Positions 10,859-19,444 of a stretch of DNA of 64,000 nt are shown here, in pieces. Both the position numbers and the translations under genes were made by a program. The notes under the pieces are model-generated. The model saw only the letters and a program-made list of their open reading frames with translations. It did no database searches and was not told where the DNA came from. Each line of letters opens with the position of its first letter. Position 1 is the stretch's first letter. Origin of the DNA: Yoonia sp. (GTDB lineage Bacteria; Pseudomonadota; Alphaproteobacteria; Rhodobacterales; Rhodobacteraceae); NCBI RefSeq assembly GCF_014859355.1, contig NZ_JACUUJ010000002.1:77115-141114 (forward strand). The letters are read 5' to 3'.

Positions 10859-11779
10859 TCAATTCTTTGGAATGGCGGCAAAGAATGGGCGCCATGCGGC
10901 AATCACCGTATCCGGACATTCTTCGGCCAGATAATGCCCGCCGGGCAAGGCCCAGCCGCGCACATCGGTGGCCCGTTCACGCCACAGCGCCAAGCAATCA
11001 AAATGCGCCTCTATCGCGCCATCCCGGCCCCAGAGCGCCAGCAGAGGCATGGCCAGTTTGCGGGGGTCTGCATCATCATGGGCGATGTCGATCGTTGCGG
11101 CGGCGCGGTAATCTTCGCAAGCGCCATGAATGGCTGCTGGATCGGCAAAGCGGGTCAGGTATTCATCCAGCGCCTGTTGCACGAAAGGTGTCAGGCCAGC
11201 CTTGCCCGCCCCACATTTGGACAGCCAGAAAAACGCAGGGTCAGGTTTGATCAAAGTTTCGGGGAAAGGGTGCGGCAGCGTCAGCCAATACCAGTGCCAA
11301 TAGGTGTGGGCAAAGGCACTGCCGGCGTCGCGATACATTTCGCGCGTGGGCGCGATGTCTAACGTGGCAAGTGCCAGCACTCGGTCGGGGTGATCGGCGG
11401 CCAGCCGATGCGCCACACGCGACCCGCGATCATGCGAACCGACAAGAAACCGATCATGCCCCAACGCATCCATCACCGCCAGAATATCGCCTGCCATCGC
11501 ACGTTTGGAGTAGGGCGTGTGCTGCGCATCGGTGACCGGTTTGAACGACCGGCCATACCCACGCAGGTCAGGGCAGATCACCTGATGATCCCGCGCCAGA
11601 TCTGCGGCAACGATATGCCACATCGCTGATGTCTGCGGATAGCCATGCAGCAGCACAACGGGTGGCCCGGACCCGCCGATTCTACAAAAGACAGGGCCAT
11701 CGGCCGTTGCAAAATATCTTTCCTTGAAACCGTCAAAGAAAGTCTGGGCGACAGGTGCGGATGCGACGGCTGGATGCAT
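10859..11779 (-). CDS. alpha/beta hydrolase, haloacetate (fluoroacetate) dehalogenase / epoxide-hydrolase-like
   Basis: ORF 10859..11830; likely start is MHPAVAS at 11779. Motifs LLHGYPQTSAMW, SHDRGSRVAHRLAADHPDRV (nucleophile Asp), YWHWYWL and DPAAIHGACEDYRA closely follow the haloacetate dehalogenase pattern. Confidence 0.8.
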   Translation of the reverse strand: MHPAVASAPVAQTFFDGFKERYFATADGPVFCRIGGSGPPVVLLHGYPQTSAMWHIVAADLARDHQVICPDLRGYGRSFKPVTDAQHTPYSKRAMAGDILAVMDALGHDRFLVGSHDRGSRVAHRLAADHPDRVLALATLDIAPTREMYRDAGSAFAHTYWHWYWLTLPHPFPETLIKPDPAFFWLSKCGAGKAGLTPFVQQALDEYLTRFADPAAIHGACEDYRAAATIDIAHDDADPRKLAMPLLALWGRDGAIEAHFDCLALWRERATDVRGWALPGGHYLAEECPDTVIAAWRPFFAAIPKN

Positions 11780-11836
11780 GGTTACACCTTGTTCAATCGG
11801 GATCATCTTGCTGTCGTAGTCCCTGCCCAAATTCGC

Positions 11837-12652
11837 TTAATCACCAAAAATCTGCGTCCAGGATGCCAACAATGCGGGCAAACCATCTGCCGGGCCAGAG
11901 ATCAGGCATTGTTCACCGTCAACCACGGCCAGACAAAGCATCTGATTGGGCTGTTTGGTTTGAATGCCGATCAACATCGGGGTTGCCGGTTTTCCCACAA
12001 CAGATTTGTGGCGCTTGCGAAACAGGGTGATCTGGGTTTTCCAGATGTCTTGCAGGCGGGCTGTGTCGCCGGTGGTCTGGGGCGGTTGCCCATCCGCGAC
12101 ATGATAACTGGCGGTGATCAGTGCTACATTCGCTGCCACAAACTGCTGCAATGCGGTGGCTGGCTGTCGCACGGTATCGACCGCCCACGCGCTGGCAAGG
12201 GCCGCGGTCGCAACCCCGGCCTCGGCGCTGGAACCAAGCGGACGCGGTGCAGTGCTGATCACGGTGACCTGTGGTGTCGCGTCGCAAAGCTTTTTCAGAA
12301 GTGTGCCAATGGCCGCAAGTGGCGCGGGATCATCGCGTGAAAAGATTTGCCCCACGATGTCATCCTGCGCCGTAACATCGCCAGATATTTCGACAATGCC
12401 TTTCAAACGTCGCCCGGCCACAACCGCATGAACGTTTGTCTGGCCAATGCCAAAGATCAACGTGCGTTCCAGCACGGTGTCGTCGATTTCGCGCAAGATG
12501 GCAGCAAGTGGCGGCAGATCGTGGCTGATCAAGCGCTTGCCGTCTTTTAACCTGGCGTTTTTTTCAACAAGCGCCGCCAGTTTGGTGGCGATGACGGATC
12601 GGTCAGGCACAACACGCCCCCTTTGCGACAGTTGCGGGCCGAACAGCATCAT
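11837..12652 (-). CDS. hypothetical protein, last gene of the kinase/GTPase cluster; possibly two Roadblock-like halves
   Basis: 271-aa ORF whose ATG overlaps the upstream stop (ATGA at 12649-12652). No motif I recognise. Its C-terminal half (MLIGIQTKQPNQMLCLAVVDGEQCLISGPADGLPALLASW) has a strand-strand-strand-helix pattern like the upstream Roadblock-like protein. Confidence 0.5.
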   Translation of the reverse strand: MMLFGPQLSQRGRVVPDRSVIATKLAALVEKNARLKDGKRLISHDLPPLAAILREIDDTVLERTLIFGIGQTNVHAVVAGRRLKGIVEISGDVTAQDDIVGQIFSRDDPAPLAAIGTLLKKLCDATPQVTVISTAPRPLGSSAEAGVATAALASAWAVDTVRQPATALQQFVAANVALITASYHVADGQPPQTTGDTARLQDIWKTQITLFRKRHKSVVGKPATPMLIGIQTKQPNQMLCLAVVDGEQCLISGPADGLPALLASWTQIFGD

Positions 12653-13011
12653 GCACCATGGCTGATCTTCTCAAGACAGGGGCGGGCATCAGACAGAAAG
12701 CCCGGCACGTCAAGATTGGGTGCGCAGACGCAGCACAACACATCGCTTGGTTCTGATTCCGAACGTAGAAAGATCCTGAGCTGGTTTTTTGTGGCAACAA
12801 AGGCCACGTTGCCAGGATTCGCGCCCAGCATGACCATTTTGGCATCACCCAAAACAATCGCAGCTTCGGCGCACAGCATGTCCAGCGTTTCCCGCCGCAA
12901 TTGCGTTTGTGAATTTGTTACCAGAACCATCTGAGTTGACAGATCGGCAAAGGCAACTGTTTCACAGCCGGCATGCCTGTCCTGCAATGCGTCCAAGTCA
13001 TCCATGACCAT
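12649..13011 (-). CDS. small Roadblock/LC7 (MglB)-like protein, tentative
   Basis: 120-aa ORF. Size and predicted alpha-beta-beta-alpha-beta-beta-beta-alpha pattern (ETVAFADLS, MVLVTNS, helix ETLDMLCAEAAIVLG, NVAFVATKN, LRIFLRSES, VLCCVCAP, helix FLSDARPCLEKI) fit the Roadblock fold. No profile search was run. Confidence 0.45.
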   Translation of the reverse strand: MVMDDLDALQDRHAGCETVAFADLSTQMVLVTNSQTQLRRETLDMLCAEAAIVLGDAKMVMLGANPGNVAFVATKNQLRIFLRSESEPSDVLCCVCAPNLDVPGFLSDARPCLEKISHGA

Positions 13012-13093
13012 GGTTTTTGCCCGCCTTTTTGCGCTTTTTGCACTTAACTACGTCAAAACAGGCCAAGGGGGAAGCCTGGACAAGCACGTGTTG

Positions 13094-13948
13094 TCAGGAT
13101 GATCTGATGATCGGGTCAGTAAAAGCGGCCGTATTGGCAGGCAGTCGCGGTTTTGCTGTCTGGTCACTTTCGGTCGGGCGCATGACACGGCGGGGGGTTA
13201 CGGGCGCCATCACCGGGGCGGGCAATTGCGTAACATTGGCATAGTTATACAATCCTTCGGGTGTCCGTGCTGCCAATTCAGACAGCCGCTGAATCATGTC
13301 GATCAGGTGATTCACAAAAGGGCCTGCGCCGCTTGCATCCCATTTATCAGGGTCGTCGCCGGCTTGAAGCGCCTGGATCAGTGAAATCGGGAATGTGCCG
13401 GCGAACTGGCCCTTTGTTTCGCGCATCACACGTTTTAGCACGCGGCGACGGTCATTTTCAGTTGTCAGTTTGTCAAATCGCGTGATCAGCAAGATCGAAT
13501 TGTCGCGCACTAGTTGGGGGATCGTATCCCATACGGCCGACTCTGATTGGCGCCAGGCCTGCGTTGCATGGGTGCACCAGATGACAGCGTCAACTTCTGT
13601 CAGGACGCGTTCCCAGACGGTGGATGACATATTCGGGTCTGAAATCCCCGGGAAGTCGATCAGATCACAAACGTCAAGGATATCTGATTCAAGGAAAAGG
13701 CGGATCACCCGGGTTTCATGGACCGGGACGTTAATAAGCTGGTCAATCGATACGGGTTCGGTCGATCCGTCAACGTCAACCCGGTATGGGGCGTCGGTGC
13801 CATGCGACATCCAGACCGGTGACAAGCGGGTTGCAGTTACTTTTTCGGGCAGCGGGCGCGCGCCCAACAAAAGATTGGACAGCGTGCTTTTACCTGCGCT
13901 GAATTCACCCATCAGGGCAATACGGGGTTTGCGCTGCGCGGTCATCAT
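13094..13948 (-). CDS. short dynamin-like/P-loop GTPase (GTPase domain only)
   Basis: 284-aa ORF. G1 GEFSAGKST, G3 DFPG (LIDFPGISD) and G4-like TRFDK. ATGA overlap with the upstream BDLP gene. Confidence 0.7.
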   Translation of the reverse strand: MMTAQRKPRIALMGEFSAGKSTLSNLLLGARPLPEKVTATRLSPVWMSHGTDAPYRVDVDGSTEPVSIDQLINVPVHETRVIRLFLESDILDVCDLIDFPGISDPNMSSTVWERVLTEVDAVIWCTHATQAWRQSESAVWDTIPQLVRDNSILLITRFDKLTTENDRRRVLKRVMRETKGQFAGTFPISLIQALQAGDDPDKWDASGAGPFVNHLIDMIQRLSELAARTPEGLYNYANVTQLPAPVMAPVTPRRVMRPTESDQTAKPRLPANTAAFTDPIIRSS

Positions 13949-16029
13949 GCTGCTCCTTCGATGGCGTCGGCACGCGTGTCGCTCAGTTCGTCAAAGATGA
14001 AATCGAACAGCTCTTGACGTTTCTGTTGCGCGGTTATGCCAAATATTTTTTCCAGTTCCGCAACGCCGATATGTGACTTTTCGCTCATATCCATCAGAAA
14101 ACTGCGCTGTTCCAACAAAAATTCGCGCAGTTCCGCTTGCGCCATGCCGCGGATGACTTCCGCTTGCCGGATTTTCAGTTCATCCACGATCGGTGTGGTT
14201 TCTGCCTCAATCAAGTCATAGAAGCCGCTGGCAAAGGCGCGGTAACCTTTGCGACGTTGCCACCACCCTTTCCACCATGATGTTTGCAGGTCCAATGCGA
14301 TGGTTTTGCCCAATGATACGGGCGCGGGGATTTCTGGCGCAGCAGGCGGCGTGATCGAAAAGTTTTCGACAGCAACCCCAAAAGCCGTGCGGTATGTGTC
14401 GGCCAGATCATTTGCCGCTGCCGCAAAGACCTGTTCGCAGGTCGATGCCACATTGCGGCGCATCACCTGATAGCTGGTGCGCAACAGCATCCGCAGGCCG
14501 TCGGGGCTGTATTGCCAAACTTCGTCTTCGCCATTGGTTTCAAGATGTTGCAGCAGCGATTCCAACGCCCGTTCAAGGAATCGCTTGTGCGATTGGTCTA
14601 CCCGTGATGCAAATTGTTGAAACACGATATCCAACCGGTCATTCAGAAAGGTCAGGTTATTGGCTTCCAGATTGCGCAGGTGCATTTTCAGTTCGGCCTG
14701 CGGCATGATTTCGATAGCGTCACCATCCAGGCGCATCGACACCACCGAATCAGAGGCGCGCACGCCACCGACAAGGTTCAGCGCACGTTTGCGCGACGCA
14801 GCAAGGATTTCTGTGCCTGCGCCTTCGACGATGCGTTCTGACAGGGCTTTGTATAGCTGGGGAACACCGGAGAGATGCCAGACAAGTTCATTGATTTCCA
14901 TGTCGGCGGTTTCAGCGCTCAACGATGCTTCGGCCCAGTTGAACATGGCTTCGGCGCTATCGGCAACAATGGCGTCAAGATTTTCTGCAAGTGCCATATT
15001 GGCCCAATAGGCGCTGCCAAAAATCAGCTCAGGATCCGCCGGGCCGTTGTTGTCGGCTAGGGTTTTCAAAATGCTGTCACGGATTTCAGGCACCTGGCTC
15101 GCGGGATCTGCCAATTCGTCGATCCGGTTCACGAAAATCACGACTTCACGTGATTTGACGTTCGCAATCAGCCGGATCAGCCCCATGTCCATCGAACTGA
15201 GCGCCTGATGTGCCGACAGCACGACGACGCAGATGCGGCTGTCACGCAGCGCGTTGATCGTGATTTGTTCGCGCATCATAAAGGTGTCGTTCACGCCGGG
15301 TGTATCACGCAGGCACAGCGCCATCGGAATTGCATCCGCCTTCAGGTAAAGATCGGCGGATTTGGTGATATCGGCAAAGCGGCCTTGCTGGTCTTGTTCG
15401 TCCAGATCTTCGAAATCGTCACCCATGCAGACATAGCGCTGCACAAGATCATCATTGATGTCGGCGTAATTGTGTTTTTGACCCAGAAGAAGTTCAAATT
15501 TCCGGCCCAGGCGGGCTTTGGTTTTTTCACGCATTTCGGCGATCTGCGTTCGGATTTTTTCCAGTTCGTCGTCAGCACCGGCCCGGCTCGATAATTCACC
15601 GATTCGGCCGCCGTTTTCGACCAGATGGTCCCATTCGTTCTGACTGAAGAATTGAAAGGTCGCTGTGGGGGCATCCGCAGGCAAGGGCGTATTCAAGTGT
15701 AGCGACGTCACAACCGACGTCCATGGGTTTACGTCAGCGGGCAGCAGATCAGGCCGGCCGATCATCGCGTTGACCAGCGAAGTCTTGCCCGACTTGATTT
15801 GCCCAATCATGGTTACGCTTGGTTCAAATGCACGTAATTGCTTGATAATGCGGACAGATTTTTTTTCTGCGTCAGCTCCGCCCAGTTTTACAATATCCGC
15901 CAGCGTCAATTCGAGGTCGTTGACCTCGTCATGAAATGCCTCAAGCTTTTCAAGGCCAAGCCGCATGAAAGGGTGATGGGCTGCCGGAACCTTGTAACCG
16001 TCCCCCTTTGTCAGCTCTTCCATTTTCAT
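13945..16029 (-). CDS. bacterial dynamin-like protein (BDLP/DynA/LeoA-type large GTPase)
   Basis: 694-aa ORF. G1 GQIKSGKTS (res 75-83), G3 DTPG (res 242-245) and G4 NRID (res 301-304). A long helical C-terminal stalk carries the W/K/R-rich patch TSWWKGWWQRRKGYRAF (res 583-599). GAGGA-type SD before the ATG. Confidence 0.75.
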   Translation of the reverse strand: MKMEELTKGDGYKVPAAHHPFMRLGLEKLEAFHDEVNDLELTLADIVKLGGADAEKKSVRIIKQLRAFEPSVTMIGQIKSGKTSLVNAMIGRPDLLPADVNPWTSVVTSLHLNTPLPADAPTATFQFFSQNEWDHLVENGGRIGELSSRAGADDELEKIRTQIAEMREKTKARLGRKFELLLGQKHNYADINDDLVQRYVCMGDDFEDLDEQDQQGRFADITKSADLYLKADAIPMALCLRDTPGVNDTFMMREQITINALRDSRICVVVLSAHQALSSMDMGLIRLIANVKSREVVIFVNRIDELADPASQVPEIRDSILKTLADNNGPADPELIFGSAYWANMALAENLDAIVADSAEAMFNWAEASLSAETADMEINELVWHLSGVPQLYKALSERIVEGAGTEILAASRKRALNLVGGVRASDSVVSMRLDGDAIEIMPQAELKMHLRNLEANNLTFLNDRLDIVFQQFASRVDQSHKRFLERALESLLQHLETNGEDEVWQYSPDGLRMLLRTSYQVMRRNVASTCEQVFAAAANDLADTYRTAFGVAVENFSITPPAAPEIPAPVSLGKTIALDLQTSWWKGWWQRRKGYRAFASGFYDLIEAETTPIVDELKIRQAEVIRGMAQAELREFLLEQRSFLMDMSEKSHIGVAELEKIFGITAQQKRQELFDFIFDELSDTRADAIEGAA

Positions 16030-16188
16030 CCTAGTCCGTCCTCAATTAAAAATTGGGTGTTCACCAGTCATTTGTCCGCAGTTGCGCCAATGGATGCGAT
16101 CAACACCTGTTTATTGCTATTATGGAAACAGATCAGAACGGCAAAAATATGGCGGCTGTTTTAGAAATCGGCCAAGTTTTGTCACGGT

Positions 16189-17511
16189 TTATGCAGCAAG
16201 ATCCGCCTGAAGCTCATGCTTGATCTGAATCATCAGGCTGAGCGCCTCGACTGCGGCGCTGTCGCGCTTTTCCATTTGCATCAATTGGACAAGGTCTGCG
16301 GCATCCATCGCGGTGTCGCGCACACGGGTCAGCGCCGGGTCGGCATCATCACCATTCGCGTTCAGATATTCACTAAGCCATTGCAGATGTTCCACCGTTT
16401 TATCCATGATCTGTGCCGGGGCGGCGTCCCCCAATTCGGCCGCCAGATCAAGCAATGTCTGACTTTGATCGATGATATAATCCAGCACATGTTCATACGC
16501 CGCACGAGTCGCGGGGTGCAGGGTTACGGTTCTTTCGTCAGAATGCGCCGTGTGGTCATCGGCAGGCACAATGTCTGCGGCTGGTGCGGGTGCATCAGGC
16601 GCAACGACGACGGGTTCAGGGTCAATTGCCGCAAGGTCCGACACGTCGTTTGATTGCGGTGTTTCCAGTTGCGCGGCGGCGTTGCTGATCGCATCGGGGT
16701 GTTGCAAAAGCAAAACCTCGGCCATGTCCAACGTCGATTGGTGGCCCATTTCGACCTGTTTCAGTATTGCGGAAATCAGTGCCAACCCGCCACTGCTGCG
16801 CATCTTGTTCTTATCGACGCTGCCATCGGGCTGGCGCGCGGCCAGGGCATCGCGGGTCGCGATCGGCATTATCTGGTTGAATTCATCCCGTGCGACATCC
16901 CGGATGGTGTCCAGCGTTGCATCCAGCACCCCTTCGGCCATCAGCGTGTCGGCCTTGGTGACCATCAGAAAACCATGATCCTTGATCAGGTCCGGCATCT
17001 GTCCCCAAATTGCCTGTTCGGCTGGACGAAATGCCTGTGAACACCAAATTGCGATATCACAGCGTTTGGACGCCCATTGGCTGGCCCGCTGCAGGGCGGT
17101 TGGGTCATGCGGGGCGACCACCTCTAGCACGGAAATCTTACGCAGTGCAGGTAAGGGTAACTGCATTTCGACAAAGGCAGGTGACAGCACCGCGACCTGT
17201 TGGACATCACTGTGCGACAGCGTTTGCCGAGTGCCGTCAGGCAAGGTGCAAATTGTCTGCGCTGTCTTGTTGAAAGACAATTGCAGGGTGGGCAGGCGCA
17301 GGCCTTCCGCCATGATGTCGGCGCCAACAAGCAGGTTGACCAAATTTGATTTGCCCGATCCAGGCAAGCCCATCAAGGCAATCCGTACAGGTTGTTCCAG
17401 GCGCGCCAGGATCTTTGTTGCGCGATCCTGAACCTCGGGGGGCAGACGACCGCCCGCGATCGCTTGGGTTAGGTCGTGCTGTATCTTTTTTTTACGCGCT
17501 TGATCCGACAT
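16189..17511 (-). CDS. P-loop GTPase-like protein with degenerate switch II and an acidic helical C-terminal half
   Basis: 440-aa ORF. G1 GLPGSGKSN and G4 TKAD are present. The position where DxxG is expected reads ISVLEVVAPHD, with no Asp and no Gly. The start overlaps the PP2C stop by 1 nt (TAATG). Confidence 0.6.
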   Translation of the reverse strand: MSDQARKKKIQHDLTQAIAGGRLPPEVQDRATKILARLEQPVRIALMGLPGSGKSNLVNLLVGADIMAEGLRLPTLQLSFNKTAQTICTLPDGTRQTLSHSDVQQVAVLSPAFVEMQLPLPALRKISVLEVVAPHDPTALQRASQWASKRCDIAIWCSQAFRPAEQAIWGQMPDLIKDHGFLMVTKADTLMAEGVLDATLDTIRDVARDEFNQIMPIATRDALAARQPDGSVDKNKMRSSGGLALISAILKQVEMGHQSTLDMAEVLLLQHPDAISNAAAQLETPQSNDVSDLAAIDPEPVVVAPDAPAPAADIVPADDHTAHSDERTVTLHPATRAAYEHVLDYIIDQSQTLLDLAAELGDAAPAQIMDKTVEHLQWLSEYLNANGDDADPALTRVRDTAMDAADLVQLMQMEKRDSAAVEALSLMIQIKHELQADLAA

Positions 17512-18551
17512 TATTTTACTCCGGCAGCAATTTTCGCTGGCGGCAAAGATGATTCCTCATCTGATGCTTTCGTATCTGATGGGTTCAATGATTTCAGCGG
17601 TTTCACCTGCTTTACCTTCGGCGCTGGCGCCTTGTGCGGTGTGACGGCAGCGATCGGTTCTGGTATGGCAACATCGTTCAATTCGACCAGACGGGTGATA
17701 GACGCGTCGTGCGTTTCGACATGGCCCAAAGGCTTGGCGCGGATGGCGCGGATTACGGGTTTGTTGTGGTTCAGCTTGATGACCGAAAACGATACGTTAT
17801 CCTGATCCGGGTCGGCGAGGGATTCAATCGCTTCGAGCAGATATCCAGCGATTTCGGCGCTTTTGCGGCGGCGATAACGGTGAAGGATCTTTTGAATTTG
17901 CTTGTCCTCAAGGTATTGCAAACCATCGCTGGAGACGATCACAATATCGCCGACCTCAAGCTGAAAAGGTATTTGGGGGCAATCCGATTTGGCAACACGT
18001 TCCCCCAGAATAACCGAGGTCAGGCAGTTGCGATCAGGGTGGTTTTTTCCTGCTTCGGGCGCCAGCAATCCCGACTTTACCATAAAGTCGATCTGGGGCG
18101 CCATGGAATGGTCTTCGTTCAGTTGTTGCAGTTTGCCGCCCCGGAAATGATAGAGAGGCGAATCGCCAATCGACATCCAGAACATCCGGTTCTCAATCAA
18201 AACCAATGATACAAGCGTGGCCCCCATTCCGCGGGTTTCGGGGTTCTGCTGGACATGCGCACGCACGCAATTATTCGCATTTACGGCCGCCGAGGTCAAA
18301 AATTGCGGGATCTCGTTTTCGAAATCGGCAAAGTTCGCGCTTTGGAATTTCAGTTCACTGAAAACTTCTGTCACAACGATCTTGCTGGCAACATCACCAG
18401 CCGCATGGCCGCCCATGCCATCTGCCAAAACGACAACGCCGCTATCGGCGCCAAATGGGAAATCGGTGACGATGGCATCTTCTTGATAATCGCGGCCACC
18501 CTGGCAGATTGCTGATGCGACATCAAAACGTGGTTCAGGCGATCGCCACAT
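17511..18551 (-). CDS. PP2C-family Ser/Thr protein phosphatase
   Basis: ORF 17511..18647; likely start is MWRSPEPRFDV at 18551. Motifs RDYQEDA, LADGMGGHAAGDVAS and VSSDGL. Lys/Pro-rich C-terminal tail. Confidence 0.85.
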   Translation of the reverse strand: MWRSPEPRFDVASAICQGGRDYQEDAIVTDFPFGADSGVVVLADGMGGHAAGDVASKIVVTEVFSELKFQSANFADFENEIPQFLTSAAVNANNCVRAHVQQNPETRGMGATLVSLVLIENRMFWMSIGDSPLYHFRGGKLQQLNEDHSMAPQIDFMVKSGLLAPEAGKNHPDRNCLTSVILGERVAKSDCPQIPFQLEVGDIVIVSSDGLQYLEDKQIQKILHRYRRRKSAEIAGYLLEAIESLADPDQDNVSFSVIKLNHNKPVIRAIRAKPLGHVETHDASITRLVELNDVAIPEPIAAVTPHKAPAPKVKQVKPLKSLNPSDTKASDEESSLPPAKIAAGVK

Positions 18552-19383
18552 CTTCGTTCTCCTCGTTTGTGCCGTTGGACCAGTTGAATGTTTCGTCACA
18601 CAGCGCCACAAACCGCAGCACCGTTTCACCGATGCGGATGATATCACCTGATCTCAGTTTTTCATTACTGATCAGCGGTTTTTCGTTCAGCCGCACGATG
18701 TTTGATTTGCCACCGTGCCCTAACAGAAATTCTTTGCTTTGGGGATCATAGACAATTGCTGCATGGTTGGTGCGCGAAATGGCGTTATCCCCGAAATCAA
18801 GCTGCACAGCCTGATCTTCGCCACGGCCAATTTGCGACATGCCTGCCATTAGCGAAAAGCTTTCGCCGCGCCCCGGACCTTCGGCAATGACAATCCAGCC
18901 AACGGGGAACTTTGCGCGTTGTGTTGCTCCGGCTTTTGGTGCGTCATTGAACAAATCAACGACATCACCGTTTGATTTTTCAAAGCCGATCAATCGGGTT
19001 TTGGTGCGCCGCGACCGTGCCGGTGATCTTGCGGCGGCGACAATGCTGGCCTCTTGTGGGGTAGGCGCGTGCTGTGCCGTTGGCTGACCGTCATCTTCCA
19101 TGTCCCAGATGCTCATCGGGTGTGCAGGTTCCGCCACGGGCGCTGCGTCCGGCGTTGGGGCGGCCGATTGTGCGGCGATCAGCTTGGCATTGACGCTATT
19201 CAGCATGTCCAATTCGCCGTGACCGCCTTCGTCATCTTCAATGGCGTGGCGTTGCAAAACCTCTTGTTCTTCGGTCAGTGCGCCGATGGTGTCGCGGTAT
19301 GACTGTTCCAGCGCATCCACCTGGTTGGTCTGCGTTTGTGCCGCGTTCCGCTTTTTTCCGATAAGTGCCCGAATAAAATTCAT
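18535..19383 (-). CDS. FHA-domain protein
   Basis: 282-aa ORF. The C-terminal ~100 aa, GRGEDQAVQLDFGDNAISRTNHAAIVYDPQSKEFLLGHGGKSNIVRLNEKPLISNEKLRSGDIIRIGETVLRF, matches the FHA signature (G-R...S-R/x-x-H...N-G/x). The N-terminal half is low-complexity and Thr/Ser-bearing. Confidence 0.8.
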   Translation of the reverse strand: MNFIRALIGKKRNAAQTQTNQVDALEQSYRDTIGALTEEQEVLQRHAIEDDEGGHGELDMLNSVNAKLIAAQSAAPTPDAAPVAEPAHPMSIWDMEDDGQPTAQHAPTPQEASIVAAARSPARSRRTKTRLIGFEKSNGDVVDLFNDAPKAGATQRAKFPVGWIVIAEGPGRGESFSLMAGMSQIGRGEDQAVQLDFGDNAISRTNHAAIVYDPQSKEFLLGHGGKSNIVRLNEKPLISNEKLRSGDIIRIGETVLRFVALCDETFNWSNGTNEENEDVAIA

Positions 19384-19444
19384 CTTTGCTACCTTATAGT
19401 TTGTTGCAAAGGCGTCGATCCAGCGGCGCCCTGACGCGGTTTAA

